A DNA stretch of 64,000 nt. It comes from an uncultured Thermoleophilia bacterium. Lineage in GTDB: Bacteria; Actinomycetota; Thermoleophilia; UBA2241. The stretch's first letter is position 1; each line of letters starts with the position of its first letter. The stretch lies in NCBI GenBank assembly GCA_963715985.1, contig CAVQSP010000014.1:704001-768000 (forward strand), read 5' to 3'. Shown piece by piece: positions 1 through 11,210 of this stretch. The position numbers and the translations under genes are program-made. The notes beneath the pieces are model-generated. The model searched no databases, had not been told where the DNA came from, and saw nothing but the letters and a program-made list of their open reading frames with translations.

Positions 1-63
1 TGCCGGCATCGCTCCGCTTCGCACCCGCCGCCATGTACACCTACCAAGGAGAGAGGTGCCGGA

Positions 64-858
64 ATGACCGCCGACCCTGCAGTGCTCAAGGAACAGTGGC
101 GCGCCGCCGCCGCCGAGCACGGATTCGAACTGTTCGGCGTGGTCTCCGCCGAGGTGCTCGCCGAGGTCCCCTTCCCGCCCAACCGCTGTCTCGACGTGCC
201 CGAGGGCTTCCTGCCGGGCGCGCGCAGCGTCATCGTCGTGGGCATGCACATCTGGGACCCTCTGCAGAACGCCGTGGTGACCACGGTCCTGCCGGACGGG
301 GCGATCCCGTTCGACGACGTGCCGGGCTCGCAGTACTACAACATGTATTACGAGATCACCGAGGCACGGGCACACCGCTTCACGGAGACGGTGCGCGAGG
401 CGGGCTACCGCACGGCCGTCACCCACTTCGTGCACGGCAAGGCGGCGGCGACGCTCGCCGGACTCGGCTGGATCGGCAAGCAGACGCTCTGTATCACGCC
501 GCAGCTCGGCCCGCACGTGCGCTTCTGCTTCGTGGTCACCGATGCGGTGCTTCCCTACGACGAGCCGTTCACCGAGGACCTCTGCGGCGACTGCGACCTC
601 TGCATCAAGTCGTGCCCGACGCAGGCCATCATCCCCGGCGCCTCCCAAGGGGTCGAGCCGGGCAAGAAGGTCGACTTCTGGAAGTGCATCGTGCCGCAGG
701 AGATGCTGGCCGAGCCCGCCAAAGCCTGGGAGAAGTGGGCCGGGCACTACTCGCCGCGCGGCAGCCACGAGTGCCTCATCTGCCTCGACGCCTGCCCGGT
801 GGGCAGGGAAGAGCATGAGCGTCGCGTGGCCGCCTATGCGTCCAAGCCGTCTGGCTGA
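64..858 (+). CDS. 4Fe-4S dicluster protein, epoxyqueuosine reductase (QueG)/reductive dehalogenase-like
   Basis: CGDCDLCIKSCP and CLICLDACP ferredoxin motifs; GKAAATLAGLGWIGK and PQLGPHVRF segments typical of the cobalamin-dependent QueG/RdhA fold. Confidence 0.7.
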   Translation: MTADPAVLKEQWRAAAAEHGFELFGVVSAEVLAEVPFPPNRCLDVPEGFLPGARSVIVVGMHIWDPLQNAVVTTVLPDGAIPFDDVPGSQYYNMYYEITEARAHRFTETVREAGYRTAVTHFVHGKAAATLAGLGWIGKQTLCITPQLGPHVRFCFVVTDAVLPYDEPFTEDLCGDCDLCIKSCPTQAIIPGASQGVEPGKKVDFWKCIVPQEMLAEPAKAWEKWAGHYSPRGSHECLICLDACPVGREEHERRVAAYASKPSG

Positions 859-976
859 CCGGGCGCTCTCGGCCTGTGCCGGCGCGGGCGGACTGAGGTC
901 GCGACCGCTCGCGCCGGCACGCTTTCGCGAGCACGGAATGCCCTGCGCTCCGTCGCTTTCGGGCCTCTGCAGCGAA

Positions 977-1006
977 TTGACTTTGTGAGCGCGCATCACC
1001 TACTAT
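977..1006 (+). promoter_or_regulatory. sigma70-type promoter TTGACT-N18-TACTAT
   Basis: Near-consensus hexamers directly upstream of the structured RNA and rny. Confidence 0.6.
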
Positions 1007-1027
1007 CCTCTTGCGCGACGTGTACGC

Positions 1028-1218
1028 GTGCTTTGTGCAATTCACCCTCGCTCTTGCATGGCGATAGGAACGGCGCTTCGGTGCCGGGTTAGCTGAAACC
1101 GACGACACAGGGGTTGAACTGGGAGGTTTGGAAGTTTCCGCATCCTGACTATCGTTCTGACCCCTGGACGCTGACACAGCTGAGACCACCACATCGCTTG
1201 CACCTGCGAGTGCAGCAC
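1028..1218 (+). ncRNA. Candidate 6S-like rod-shaped RNA
   Basis: Nested pairing: CTCGC/GCGAG, TGCA/TGCA, GCGAT/ATCGC, AGCTG/CAGCT, CAGGGGTT/GACCCCTG, GAAC/GTTC; a cUUCGg hairpin at 1071-1086; own promoter and terminator; sits upstream of rny. Confidence 0.55.
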
Positions 1219-1219
1219 T

Positions 1220-1246
1220 GGCCGGGCGCGTTGCCCGGCTTTTTTT
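1220..1246 (+). terminator. Intrinsic terminator
   Basis: GCCGGGC-gcgtt-GCCCGGC hairpin followed by T7. Confidence 0.8.
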
Positions 1247-1278
1247 GTGCTGCATGACCTGTGAAGGGATAGGACGGA

Positions 1279-2811
1279 ATGATGACAGCCGTATACATCG
1301 TGGTGGGCCTGGCAGTCGGCGTCGTGGTCGGCTACCTGGTACGCCGCAACCTCGCCTCCAGCAAGCTGGCGGGGGCCGAGCGCGAGGCCGAGCGCACCCT
1401 GCGCGATGCCAAGCGCGAGGCGGAGACGATCGTCAAAGAGGCCCGGCTGGAAGCCAAGGAAGAAGTGCACAAGGTACGCAGTGAGGTCGAGGCCGAGCTC
1501 AGGGACCGGCGCGAAGAAGTCAACAAGTCGGAGCAGCGCATCCTGCAGCGCGAGGAGCAGCTAGACGCGCGCGCCCTCGAGCAGGACCGCCGTGAGCAGT
1601 CCCTGCGCGACCGCGACGCCAACTCCCAGAAGATGTCGGACGAGCTGCAGATCGCCCACGACGAGGCCATGATCCAGCTGGAGCGTATCTCCGGCCTCAG
1701 CGCGGCCCAGGCCAAGGACATGCTGCTCAAGCAGACCGAGGACGAGGCCCGGCACGAGATGGCCAAGCTCGTCCGCCAGCTCGAGGAAGAGGCGCGCCGC
1801 GAATCCGACAGGCGCGCCCGCAACATCCTCTCGCTGAGCATCCAGCGCACGGCGGCCAACCACGTCGCCGAGACCACCGTGTCGGTGGTCAACCTGCCGA
1901 CCGACGACATGAAGGGCCGCATCATCGGCCGCGAGGGCCGCAATATCCGCACCCTCGAGAACATCACCGGCATCGACTTCATCATCGACGACACGCCGGA
2001 GGCCGTGGTGCTGTCCGGCTTCGACGGCGTGCGCCGCGAGATCGCCCGCCTCACGCTCACCAAGCTCATCGCCGACGGGCGCATCCACCCGGCGCGCATC
2101 GAGGAGACGTACACCCAGGCCAAGGCCGAGGTCGAGGCCGCCATGGAAGAGGCCGGCGAGCAGGCCTGCTTCGACACCAACGTGCACGGGGTGGCGCCCG
2201 AGCTCGTCAAGGTCCTCGGGCGCCTCAAGTACCGCACCAGCTACGGTCAGAACGTGCTCAACCATTCCATCGAGGTCGCCCACCTGGCCGGCATCATGGC
2301 CGCCGAGCTGGGCGCCAACGTGAAGATCGCCAAGCGTGCCGGCCTGCTGCACGACATCGGCAAGGCCGTGGACCACGAGGTGGACGGCTCGCACGCGGAC
2401 ATCTCGCAGCAGCTCTGCAAGAAGTACCGCGAGTCGCAGAGCGTGTGCCACGCCATCCAGGCGCATCACCAGGACATCGACCCGCAGACGGTCGAGGCCG
2501 TGCTCGTGCAGGCCGCCGACGCCATCTCGGCCGCGCGTCCGGGCGCCCGCCGCGAGTCGCTGGAGAACTACATCCAGCGCCTGGAGGCCCTGGAGCACAT
2601 CGCCGAGAGCAAGAAGGGCGTGGAGAAGTGCTTCGCCATGCAGGCCGGGCGTGAGGTGCGCGTCATGGTCAAGCCCGCCGAGATCGACGACGACAGCACG
2701 GCGCTGCTGGCCAGGGAGATCGCCCGCGACATCGAGGACCAGCTCGACTACCCGGGCCAGATCCGCGTGACCGTCATCCGCGAGAGCCGCGCCGTCGACA
2801 TCGCCAAGTAA
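1279..2811 (+). CDS. rny: Ribonuclease Y
   Basis: N-terminal TM helix, coiled coil, KH domain ([14 protein letters not shown]), HD domain (GLLHDIGK). Confidence 0.97.
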   Translation: MMTAVYIVVGLAVGVVVGYLVRRNLASSKLAGAEREAERTLRDAKREAETIVKEARLEAKEEVHKVRSEVEAELRDRREEVNKSEQRILQREEQLDARALEQDRREQSLRDRDANSQKMSDELQIAHDEAMIQLERISGLSAAQAKDMLLKQTEDEARHEMAKLVRQLEEEARRESDRRARNILSLSIQRTAANHVAETTVSVVNLPTDDMKGRIIGREGRNIRTLENITGIDFIIDDTPEAVVLSGFDGVRREIARLTLTKLIADGRIHPARIEETYTQAKAEVEAAMEEAGEQACFDTNVHGVAPELVKVLGRLKYRTSYGQNVLNHSIEVAHLAGIMAAELGANVKIAKRAGLLHDIGKAVDHEVDGSHADISQQLCKKYRESQSVCHAIQAHHQDIDPQTVEAVLVQAADAISAARPGARRESLENYIQRLEALEHIAESKKGVEKCFAMQAGREVRVMVKPAEIDDDSTALLAREIARDIEDQLDYPGQIRVTVIRESRAVDIAK

Positions 2812-2844
2812 GCGGCGCGGCCGGCCGGCGGCGCCCCCGCGGAC

Positions 2845-4170
2845 ATGATGGAGAGCGGCACGTACTACCTGCGCTCGTTCGGCTGTCAGATGAACGCGCA
2901 CGACGCCGAACGCATCCGCGCGCTGCTCGAGGCGCGCGGGCTGCGGCGCACGGCGAAGCCGGACGACGCCGACGTGCTGGTGTACAACACGTGCACCGTG
3001 CGCAAGAGCGCCGACGAGCGCCTCGCCGGACACCTGGGCACGGCGGCGCGCCTGAAGCGTGAGGACCCCGGGCGTGTCGTGCTCGTGACCGGCTGCCTGC
3101 CGCAGGCGGAGCAGGCGGACTTCTTCCGTCGCTTCCCGTTCGTGGACGGCGCCCTGGGCCCGCAGAACCTGCACCGCCTGCCCGACCTGCTGGAGGCGGC
3201 CATCGAGTCGGCCGTGCAGCCTGTCGGCTTCTTCGAGGACGGGCCGGCCATGAGCGGCGACCTCGCGGCGCGCCGCGAACGGCCGTTCCAGGCGTGGGTG
3301 CAGATCATGTCCGGCTGCACCAACTTCTGCTCCTACTGCATCGTGCCGCACGTGCGCGGCCCCGAGCGCAGCCGCGAGCTGGAGACGATCGTGGCCGAGG
3401 TGCGTGACCTCGTCGCGGACGGCGTCCGCGAGGTCACTCTGCTCGGCCAGAACGTGAACGCCTACGGCCTGGATCTGCGGCGCGCGGGGCGCGCCGGGGC
3501 ACCCGACTTCCCGGCGCTGCTGCACGCCCTCGACGCACTGCCCGGACTCTCTCGCGTGCGCTTCATGACGTCGCACCCCAAGGACCTCTCCGACGAGCTC
3601 GTACGGGCTGTGGCCGAGCTGCCCAGCGTGTGCGAGCACGTGCACCTGCCCGCCCAGTCGGGTGCGGACCGGGTACTGGGCGCCATGCACCGCGGCTACA
3701 CGGCCGCCCGGTATCTGGAGCGCGTCCGCGCGCTGCGGACCGCGGTCCCGGACGTGGCCGTGACCACGGACCTCATCGCCGGCTTTCCCGGCGAGACCGA
3801 CGAGGAGTTCGCGGAGACGCTGGCGCTGGTCCGCGCCGCGGAGTTCGACGCCGCCTTCACCTTCGTGTTCTCGCCGCGCCGCGGAACCGCCGCCGCCGAC
3901 CTGCCGGAGCAGGTGGCCGAGCCGGTCCGGCGCGAGCGCGTGGAGCAGCTCATCGCCTTGACTCAGGAGTACGCCCTGGCCTCGCGTCAGCGTCGGGTAG
4001 GACGCCGCGTCGAGGTCCTGGTGGAGGGCGTCAGCCGCGACGGGGTGCTGCGGCGCGGTCGTACGCGCCAGAACGTGACGGTCAACGTGGATGGACCTGC
4101 CGAGCCCGGTGCTATAGTTGATGTGGAAGTCACCGCGGCGACCTCGACGACCCTTCGCGGAAGGGTCTGA
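2845..4170 (+). CDS. miaB: tRNA-2-methylthio-N6-dimethylallyladenosine synthase
   Basis: FGCQMN UPF0004 N-terminus, CTNFCSYC radical SAM motif, C-terminal TRAM domain. Confidence 0.95.
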   Translation: MMESGTYYLRSFGCQMNAHDAERIRALLEARGLRRTAKPDDADVLVYNTCTVRKSADERLAGHLGTAARLKREDPGRVVLVTGCLPQAEQADFFRRFPFVDGALGPQNLHRLPDLLEAAIESAVQPVGFFEDGPAMSGDLAARRERPFQAWVQIMSGCTNFCSYCIVPHVRGPERSRELETIVAEVRDLVADGVREVTLLGQNVNAYGLDLRRAGRAGAPDFPALLHALDALPGLSRVRFMTSHPKDLSDELVRAVAELPSVCEHVHLPAQSGADRVLGAMHRGYTAARYLERVRALRTAVPDVAVTTDLIAGFPGETDEEFAETLALVRAAEFDAAFTFVFSPRRGTAAADLPEQVAEPVRRERVEQLIALTQEYALASRQRRVGRRVEVLVEGVSRDGVLRRGRTRQNVTVNVDGPAEPGAIVDVEVTAATSTTLRGRV

Positions 4171-4196
4171 CGGGGCGGACGCAGGAGGTGCCCGCC

Positions 4197-4994
4197 ATGC
4201 AGGGTTGCATCTGTCCTCATCCTCCGCTGCTCATCCCCGAGGTCGGCGGCTCATCCATCCGGCGGGTCGCCGCGACCGTCGACGGCATGCAGCGGCTCGC
4301 CGAACTGGTGGGCGAACCTGAGACGGCGGTCGTCATCTCGCCGCACAGCGAGGGCTACGGTGACGCGCACGTGGTGCGTACGGCGCCTCGTCTGCACGGT
4401 GACTTTGGCCGCTTTCGTTCTCCGGATTCATCGTTCACGTACGACAACGACGTGCCGTTCGCCGAGCTGATGCTGGCGTTCGCCGGCGACTACAAGCACC
4501 TGCGCCTCGTGCCCGACGACAGCGATGTGCTCGACTGGGGCGTGCTCGTGCCGCTCAGCTTCCTTCGGGTGCGCCGTATCGTCTCGCTCTCCATCGTCAG
4601 CGCCTACGGCGCACATCGCAGCCTGGGACAGCTCGTACGACGCTGTGCGGAGGAGCTCGGCCGGGACACCCTGTTCCTGGCCTCCGGCGACCTTTCACAC
4701 GCGCTCACCCACGACGCCCCGGCGCCGTACGACCCGCGTGGCCCCCTGTTCGACGAGGAGGTCGTGCGGCTCATGCGCAACGGCGATTTCAGCGGCCTCT
4801 CGACCATGGACCCCATCCTGCTGGAGGGCGCGGCCGAGTGCGGTCTGCGCAGCTTCATCACGCTCGGCGGCTTTCTCGGCGACGATGCCCTCGTGGATCC
4901 CCAGGTCCTGAGCTACGAGGGTCCGTTCGGCGTGGGCTACCTGGTCGCGCACTTCGGGCGCTCGGCGGTGGCCGCGGCCCGGACGCCGGCGTGA
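4197..4994 (+). CDS. AmmeMemoRadiSam protein B / LigB-Memo-like dioxygenase-fold protein
   Basis: PHPP, ISPH, LDWG, ASGDLSH, ECG and SYEGPFGVGY motifs; RBS AGGAGG upstream. Confidence 0.8.
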   Translation: MQGCICPHPPLLIPEVGGSSIRRVAATVDGMQRLAELVGEPETAVVISPHSEGYGDAHVVRTAPRLHGDFGRFRSPDSSFTYDNDVPFAELMLAFAGDYKHLRLVPDDSDVLDWGVLVPLSFLRVRRIVSLSIVSAYGAHRSLGQLVRRCAEELGRDTLFLASGDLSHALTHDAPAPYDPRGPLFDEEVVRLMRNGDFSGLSTMDPILLEGAAECGLRSFITLGGFLGDDALVDPQVLSYEGPFGVGYLVAHFGRSAVAAARTPA

Positions 4995-5537
4995 GCGAGG
5001 CGCCGGGGACGTCCTGCCCCGCCGACTACGCGCGCGCTTGCGTCACGGCGTACGTGACGGGTCGTCCTGTCCCGGCGCCGCCCGACGCATGCCCTCTTCG
5101 ACCGCCCGTCCGCCTGCTTCGTCTCGCTCAAGAAGCACGGCGAGCTGCGCGGCTGCATCGGCACGCTCGAGCCCGCCGAGCACAGCCTGGGCCAGGAGAT
5201 CGCCCGCAACGCCCATTCCGCCGCCTTCTGCGATCCCCGCTTTCACCGGGTGCGGCCGGACGAGCTCGAGGCCCTCAGCTGTTCTGTGGACGTCCTCAGC
5301 GAGAGCGAGCCGTGCGGGCTGCGGGACCTGGACCCGCACGTGTACGGCGTGATCGTGAGCTGCGGCCAGCGGCGGGGCGTGTTGCTGCCGGACCTCGAGG
5401 GTGTGAACGAGGTGGCCCAGCAGGTGGACATCGCTCTGCGGAAGGCCGGCATCGGACCCGGCGAGCCGTACGACATCGAGCGCTTCACGGTGGCGCGCTA
5501 CCGCGAGGGAGACCCGCCGCGCGACGACGAGTCGTGA
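4991..5537 (+). CDS. AmmeMemoRadiSam protein A (AMMECR1 family), frameshift near 5090
   Basis: CFVSLKKHGELRGCIGT, DPRF, SVDVLS and GVLLPDLEGV read in the frame shifted from the GTG start. Confidence 0.85.
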
Positions 5538-6481
5538 CCCCGGCGCGAGAGCTGTCGCAGCCGGTCGTGGCGCTGTTCGGCGCCACCGCCCTGGGCAAGT
5601 CCGACGTCGCCGACGTGCTCGCCGGGCGCCTGGGCGCCGACGTGGTGGTCGCCGATTCCATGCAGGTGTACCGGGGGCTGCCGATCGTCACCAACCAGCC
5701 CGAGTCCGGGCGCAGCGCGCGGCGCCACCTGGTGGGCTTCGTCGCGCCCCAGCACGAGTTCACGGTGGCCGAGTACGCGGCGCGCGCGCACGAGGTCATC
5801 GACCGGCTGCGCGCAGAAGGGCGCGCGGTGATCGTGGAGGGCGGCTCCGGGCTCTACCTGCGGGCCGCCCTCGGCGATCTCGCGTTCGCGGACCCGCCCG
5901 ACCCGGCTGTGCGCGCCGACCTGGAGACGCGGTGGGCACAGGATCCGGCGGGCGTCGTGGACGAGCTCGACCGCCTGGACCCGGGCACACTGGCGCGCCT
6001 GGACGCCACCAACCCGCGGCGTGTGATCCGCGCGCTGGAGGCGGTTCTGGCTCACGGCGGTCCGCTGCCCCAGGAGGAGCGCACTCACCTCTGGCGGGAG
6101 CCCGAGCGCTACCCTCACCGCCTCGTGGCGCTCGTGCCCGACGAGGACCGCGAGGAGCTGCGCCGACGCATCGCGCGACGTGTGGACGAGATGCTGCTGC
6201 GGGGTGCGCTGGACGAGGTGGCGCGCGCACGAGCGGCAGGGCCGCTGTCGCGCACGGTGCAGCAGGCGATCGGCGTGCGCGAGCTGTGCGCAGTGCTGGA
6301 CGACGAGCTGACGATGAAGGAGGCGGCGGCGCGCATGACGGCCCGCACGCGGGCCTTGGCGCGCCGCCAGATGACCTGGATGCGCAAGCTGCCGCGGGCT
6401 GCTCTCGTGCCTGCGGCCGGGCGGCCCGCCGACGCCGTCGCCGCGGAGGTCCTGTCTCTGCTTGAGGCGCCCGCATGGTAG
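5534..6481 (+). CDS. miaA: tRNA dimethylallyltransferase
   Basis: GATALGKS P-loop, DSMQVYRG, GGSGLYL, NPRRVIRALE, ARRQMTW. Confidence 0.95.
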   Translation: MTPARELSQPVVALFGATALGKSDVADVLAGRLGADVVVADSMQVYRGLPIVTNQPESGRSARRHLVGFVAPQHEFTVAEYAARAHEVIDRLRAEGRAVIVEGGSGLYLRAALGDLAFADPPDPAVRADLETRWAQDPAGVVDELDRLDPGTLARLDATNPRRVIRALEAVLAHGGPLPQEERTHLWREPERYPHRLVALVPDEDREELRRRIARRVDEMLLRGALDEVARARAAGPLSRTVQQAIGVRELCAVLDDELTMKEAAARMTARTRALARRQMTWMRKLPRAALVPAAGRPADAVAAEVLSLLEAPAW

Positions 6482-6539
6482 GATGGGCGCCCGGGCGGCC
6501 CATCGGGGCGGCCGCCGCATCTCACAGGGGGTCGTGCGG

Positions 6540-7409
<870 letters not shown>

Positions 7410-7449
7410 CGCGCTCGTGCGCGTCGCCCTCCGCGAGCACGGGAGAGCC

Positions 7450-8613
7450 ATGAGATTCTCACAGCGCGTCGAGGACCTGCCGCCGTACCTGTTCGCCGGC
7501 ATCGAACGGCAGATCGCCGAACGGCGCACTGCCGGCATCGACGTCATCAGCCTCGGGATCGGCGATCCCGACCTGCCCACGCCGCCTCACATCGTCGACG
7601 CGCTGGCCGAGGCGGCCAGGGACCCGGCGGTGCACCAGTACCCGAGCAACCAGGGCGAGCTCGGCTTCCGTGAGGCGGTGGCGGGGTTCTACTCCACGCG
7701 CTTCGGCGTGGAGCTGGACCCCGCCTCCGAGATCGTCCCGCTGCTCGGCGCCAAGGAGGGCATCGCTCACATCGGCCTCGCGCTCCTCGACGTCGGTGAC
7801 GTGGCGCTGGCCGCCGACCCCGGGTATCCCGTGTACGTCACCGGCCCCCTGCTGGCCGACGGCGCCGCCGTGCCGGTGCCGCTCGTCCCCGAGCTGGGCT
7901 TCCAGCCCGACCTCGAGAGCATCCCGGCCGCCGCGCTCGAGAAGGCCCGCCTCATCTTCGTGAGCTACCCCAACAACCCGACCGGCGCGGTCATAGAGGA
8001 CGACTTCTTCGCCCGCCTTGTGGCCTGGGCGGGGGAACACGACGTCGTCGTGGTGCACGACAATGCTTACGCAGACATCACCTACGACGGCTACGTGGCC
8101 CCCAGCTTCCTCGCCACGCCCGGTGCCAAGGACGTGGGCGTGGAGATGTTCAGCCTCTCCAAGAGCTACAACATGACCGGCTGGCGCTCCGGGGCCGTGG
8201 TGGGCGACCGCGAGATCGTCGACGCCTACTGGCGCCTCAAGACCAACATGGACTCCGGCATGTTCGGGGCCGTGCAGCGGGCAAGCGCGGCCGCACTGAA
8301 CGGCTCGCAGGAGTGTGTGCGCGAGATGTGCCGCATCTACAAGCGGCGGCGCGACCTGCTGGTCGAGGCGCTGCGCTCGATCGGGATGCACGTGACACCG
8401 CCCAAGGGCACCATCTACCTGTGGGCGCCTGTGCCGGACGGCTACACGTCGGCCAGCTTCACGGAACAGGTCCTTGACCAGGCGGACGTGGTGGTCACGC
8501 CGGGGGCCGCCTACGGCGCCGCCGGCGAGGGCTACGTCCGCCTCTCGCTCACGATCGCCGACGAGCGCCTGCAGGAAGCCGTGCAACGCATCGAGGAGCG
8601 GGTACGGCTGTAG
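7450..8613 (+). CDS. dapL: LL-diaminopimelate aminotransferase (class I/II PLP aminotransferase)
   Basis: LPPYLFA, SLGIGDPD, YPNNPTG, SLSKSYNMTGWR; adjacent to dapF. Confidence 0.85.
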   Translation: MRFSQRVEDLPPYLFAGIERQIAERRTAGIDVISLGIGDPDLPTPPHIVDALAEAARDPAVHQYPSNQGELGFREAVAGFYSTRFGVELDPASEIVPLLGAKEGIAHIGLALLDVGDVALAADPGYPVYVTGPLLADGAAVPVPLVPELGFQPDLESIPAAALEKARLIFVSYPNNPTGAVIEDDFFARLVAWAGEHDVVVVHDNAYADITYDGYVAPSFLATPGAKDVGVEMFSLSKSYNMTGWRSGAVVGDREIVDAYWRLKTNMDSGMFGAVQRASAAALNGSQECVREMCRIYKRRRDLLVEALRSIGMHVTPPKGTIYLWAPVPDGYTSASFTEQVLDQADVVVTPGAAYGAAGEGYVRLSLTIADERLQEAVQRIEERVRL

Positions 8614-8647
8614 GCCGCCCATCCAGCTCCACCCCGCGCCGGTCCGT

Positions 8648-10049
8648 ATGAGCGACGACGCCCACATCCTCGAGACCGGCGCTACGGCGCCGCGGCCGCG
8701 CGCCGTCGTGTTCGCCGTGATGCCCTCCGGCCACGGCGAGCCCGGCGAGGACGAGCCGCTCAACGAGATCAAGGAGCTGCTGAGCTCGGCGGACATGGAC
8801 TGGATGGCCGACGTCATCCAGCACAAGGAGCGTCCCCACCCGCACTCCTACCTCGGCAAGGGCAAGCTGGAGGAGCTCGCCGCCGCCGTCAGGGAGACCG
8901 GCGCCACGGTGGCCGTCTGCGAGGACGACCTCAGCCCTACGCCAGGTAGCGGCCGTGCTGGATGCCGTGGACGTCGACGTGCTGGACCGCACGGAGCTCA
9001 TCCTGACCGTCTTCAGCAGGCACGCGGATTCCATGGAGGGAACCTTGCAGGTGCACCTCGCGCAGCTCGAGTACGAGCTCACGCGGATGCGCGGCAAAGG
9101 CAACATCCTCTCGCGGCTCGGCGCCGGCGTGAACATGCGCGGCCCCGGTGAGACCAAGCTCGAGGTCGATCGCCGCGTCGTGCGCCAGCGCATCCAGACG
9201 CTGCGCCGGCGCATCGACCATATGGCGAAGGCCCGGCGCACCCAGCGCGCGCGACGCGTGCGCGCGGCCGTGCCGCTCATCGCCCTGGCCGGCTACACGA
9301 ACGCGGGCAAGTCCACGTTGCTGAACGCGCTCACGGACGCCACGGTCGCCGTGCGCGACCGGCTCTTCGAGACCCTGGACCCCACGTCGCGGTCCTACCG
9401 CTACCGCGACCGCGATTACGTGCTCACCGACACGGTGGGCTTCATCCGCAAGCTGCCACACCAGCTGGTGGACGCGTTCGCCAGCACGCTGGAGGAGACC
9501 ACGCTCGCCGACGTGATCCTCGTGGTGGCGGACGCGCACCTCGAGGCCTCCGAGGTCGCGGTGCGCGAGCAGACGGTGGCCGAGGTGCTGGACGAGCTCG
9601 GCGCCACGGCGCCGCGCATGCTCGTCTTCAACAAGATCGACCTGGCCGACGAGGGCAAACTGGCGCGGCTGCGGGCGCTCTACCCGGAGGCCGCGTTCGT
9701 CGCGGCCGCGCACGGTGAGGGGCTGCCCGAGCTGCAGGAGCGCATCGCCACGTTCTTCGACCGCGCCTTGCGCCCGGTGCGCCTGCTGTTCCCGTACGCA
9801 GCCGCCGCCGACATGCACCGCCTGCGCGGGCTCGCGAGCGATGTCCACGAGGAGCACACGGCCGAGGGCGTGGTCTTCACGGCCCGGCTGCCCGTAGCCG
9901 AGGCCGGGCGGTACGCGCGGTACAACGTCCAGGTGGAGGTGCCGGCAGACGGCGATGAGGCCGGCCCAGACGACGAAGAGGCCGGCCTTGGGACCGACGT
10001 CGAGACCGACGTCGAAGACTGGGCCGACGAGCCGGAGCCCGAGTCGTGA
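8648..10049 (+). CDS. hflX: GTPase HflX, frameshift near 8940
   Basis: YLGKGK N-terminal part in one frame; RGPGETKLEVDRR, GYTNAGKS, DTVGF and NKID in the next. Confidence 0.93.
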
Positions 10050-10520
10050 CGGCCGGCGCGCGCGGCGCACTCGCCGGCCCGGACGGTCACACCGTGCCGG
10101 TCAAGCTGCTGACACCGGCGGCCACGCTGCCGGCGCGAGCCTACGAACACGACGCCGCGTACGACCTCTACGCAGCCGAGGAGGCGGTGCTGGAACCGCT
10201 CACACGCGCTGTGATCGGCACCGGCGTCGCCCTGGGCCTGCCGCCGGGTCTGGCGGCCCTCACGCTGCCGCGTTCCGGCCTCGCCGCGCGGCACGGCATC
10301 TCGATCGTCAACGCGCCCGGCCTCATCGACCCCGGCTATCGCGGCGAGGTCCGCATCATCCTGCTGAACACCGATCGCGTGGAGCCGTTCGCGGTCCACG
10401 CGGGAGACCGCATCGCCCAGCTCCTCTTCCTGCCGCTCGCCGCTGTGAGTGTCGCTCGGTGTTCCCAGGCTCGACGAGACGGCCCGCGGAGCCCAGGGCT
10501 TCGGCTCGAGCGGTCGTTGA
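10046..10520 (+). CDS. dut: dUTP diphosphatase, frameshift near 10460
   Basis: AAYDL, PRSGLA, GLIDPGYRGE, DRIAQ; motif V (RGAQGFGSSG*) lies in a shifted frame ending at 10520. Confidence 0.9.
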
Positions 10521-10587
10521 CGCCGACCGAGAGCCTGAGTATGGTGAGTCGCTACGGAGTCACGCCCAGGGGCCCGGGGGGACTGTG

Positions 10588-11097
10588 ATGGCTGAGCAGC
10601 AGGAAGAGAGCGTTCCCGACGCTACGCGCGATCCGGCGCCGGACGTCTCCGCGTCTCCGGACAAGCCTACTATCCGCGTCGCAGGCCTGCTCGTCGACCA
10701 GGGTCGCATCCTCATGGTGGAGCAAGGCAGGGCGGGGGAGAGGTACTGGCTCCTCCCCGGCGGCGGCGTCCGTTTCGGCGAGACCCTCTCGGACGCGCTC
10801 CGGCGTGAGTTCCTCGAAGAGCTGCGCCTGCGCGTCGGCGTCTCCAAGCTTCTCGCCATCGTCGAGTCGGTCTCTCCGGACCCGGAGTATCGCAAGCACG
10901 TCGTGCACCTGGTGTTCGAGGTCTCGGCGCCGGCCGAGGCGGTACCCGAGCCCGACGACCCCAAGGTCCTGTCCGCAGCGTTCCTTGACGAGCTGCAGCT
11001 GCAGCGCATCGACGTGCGCCCGCCCATCACCGAGTTCCTCAGCAGCTGCGTGCGCGAGCTCCCGTCCTCGCCACAGTACCTCGGACGCCGCTGGTAG
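10588..11097 (+). CDS. NUDIX hydrolase
   Basis: Nudix box GGVRFGETLSDALRREFLEEL. Confidence 0.85.
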   Translation: MAEQQEESVPDATRDPAPDVSASPDKPTIRVAGLLVDQGRILMVEQGRAGERYWLLPGGGVRFGETLSDALRREFLEELRLRVGVSKLLAIVESVSPDPEYRKHVVHLVFEVSAPAEAVPEPDDPKVLSAAFLDELQLQRIDVRPPITEFLSSCVRELPSSPQYLGRRW

Positions 11098-11182
11098 CTT
11101 CGCGCGAGGCCCCGGCAGGCCTGCGAGACGTCGACGACCCCTCCTGATCACCCCGGCGGGCGCCGCCATGAGCCTGCAGATA

Positions 11183-11210
11183 ACACGCGATAATCTCCGT
11201 TATGTAAAGT
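11183..11210 (+). other. dif-like XerC/XerD recombination site
   Basis: ACACGCGATAA-TCTCCG-TTATGTAAAGT has the 11-6-11 layout with a TTATG XerD arm; AT-rich and intergenic, at the gene-strand switch. Confidence 0.75.

Noticed and set aside
8930-10520. Programmed frameshifting or pseudogenisation of hflX and dut
   Set aside because: No slippery heptamer was seen; scattered single indels across the window favour sequencing error.
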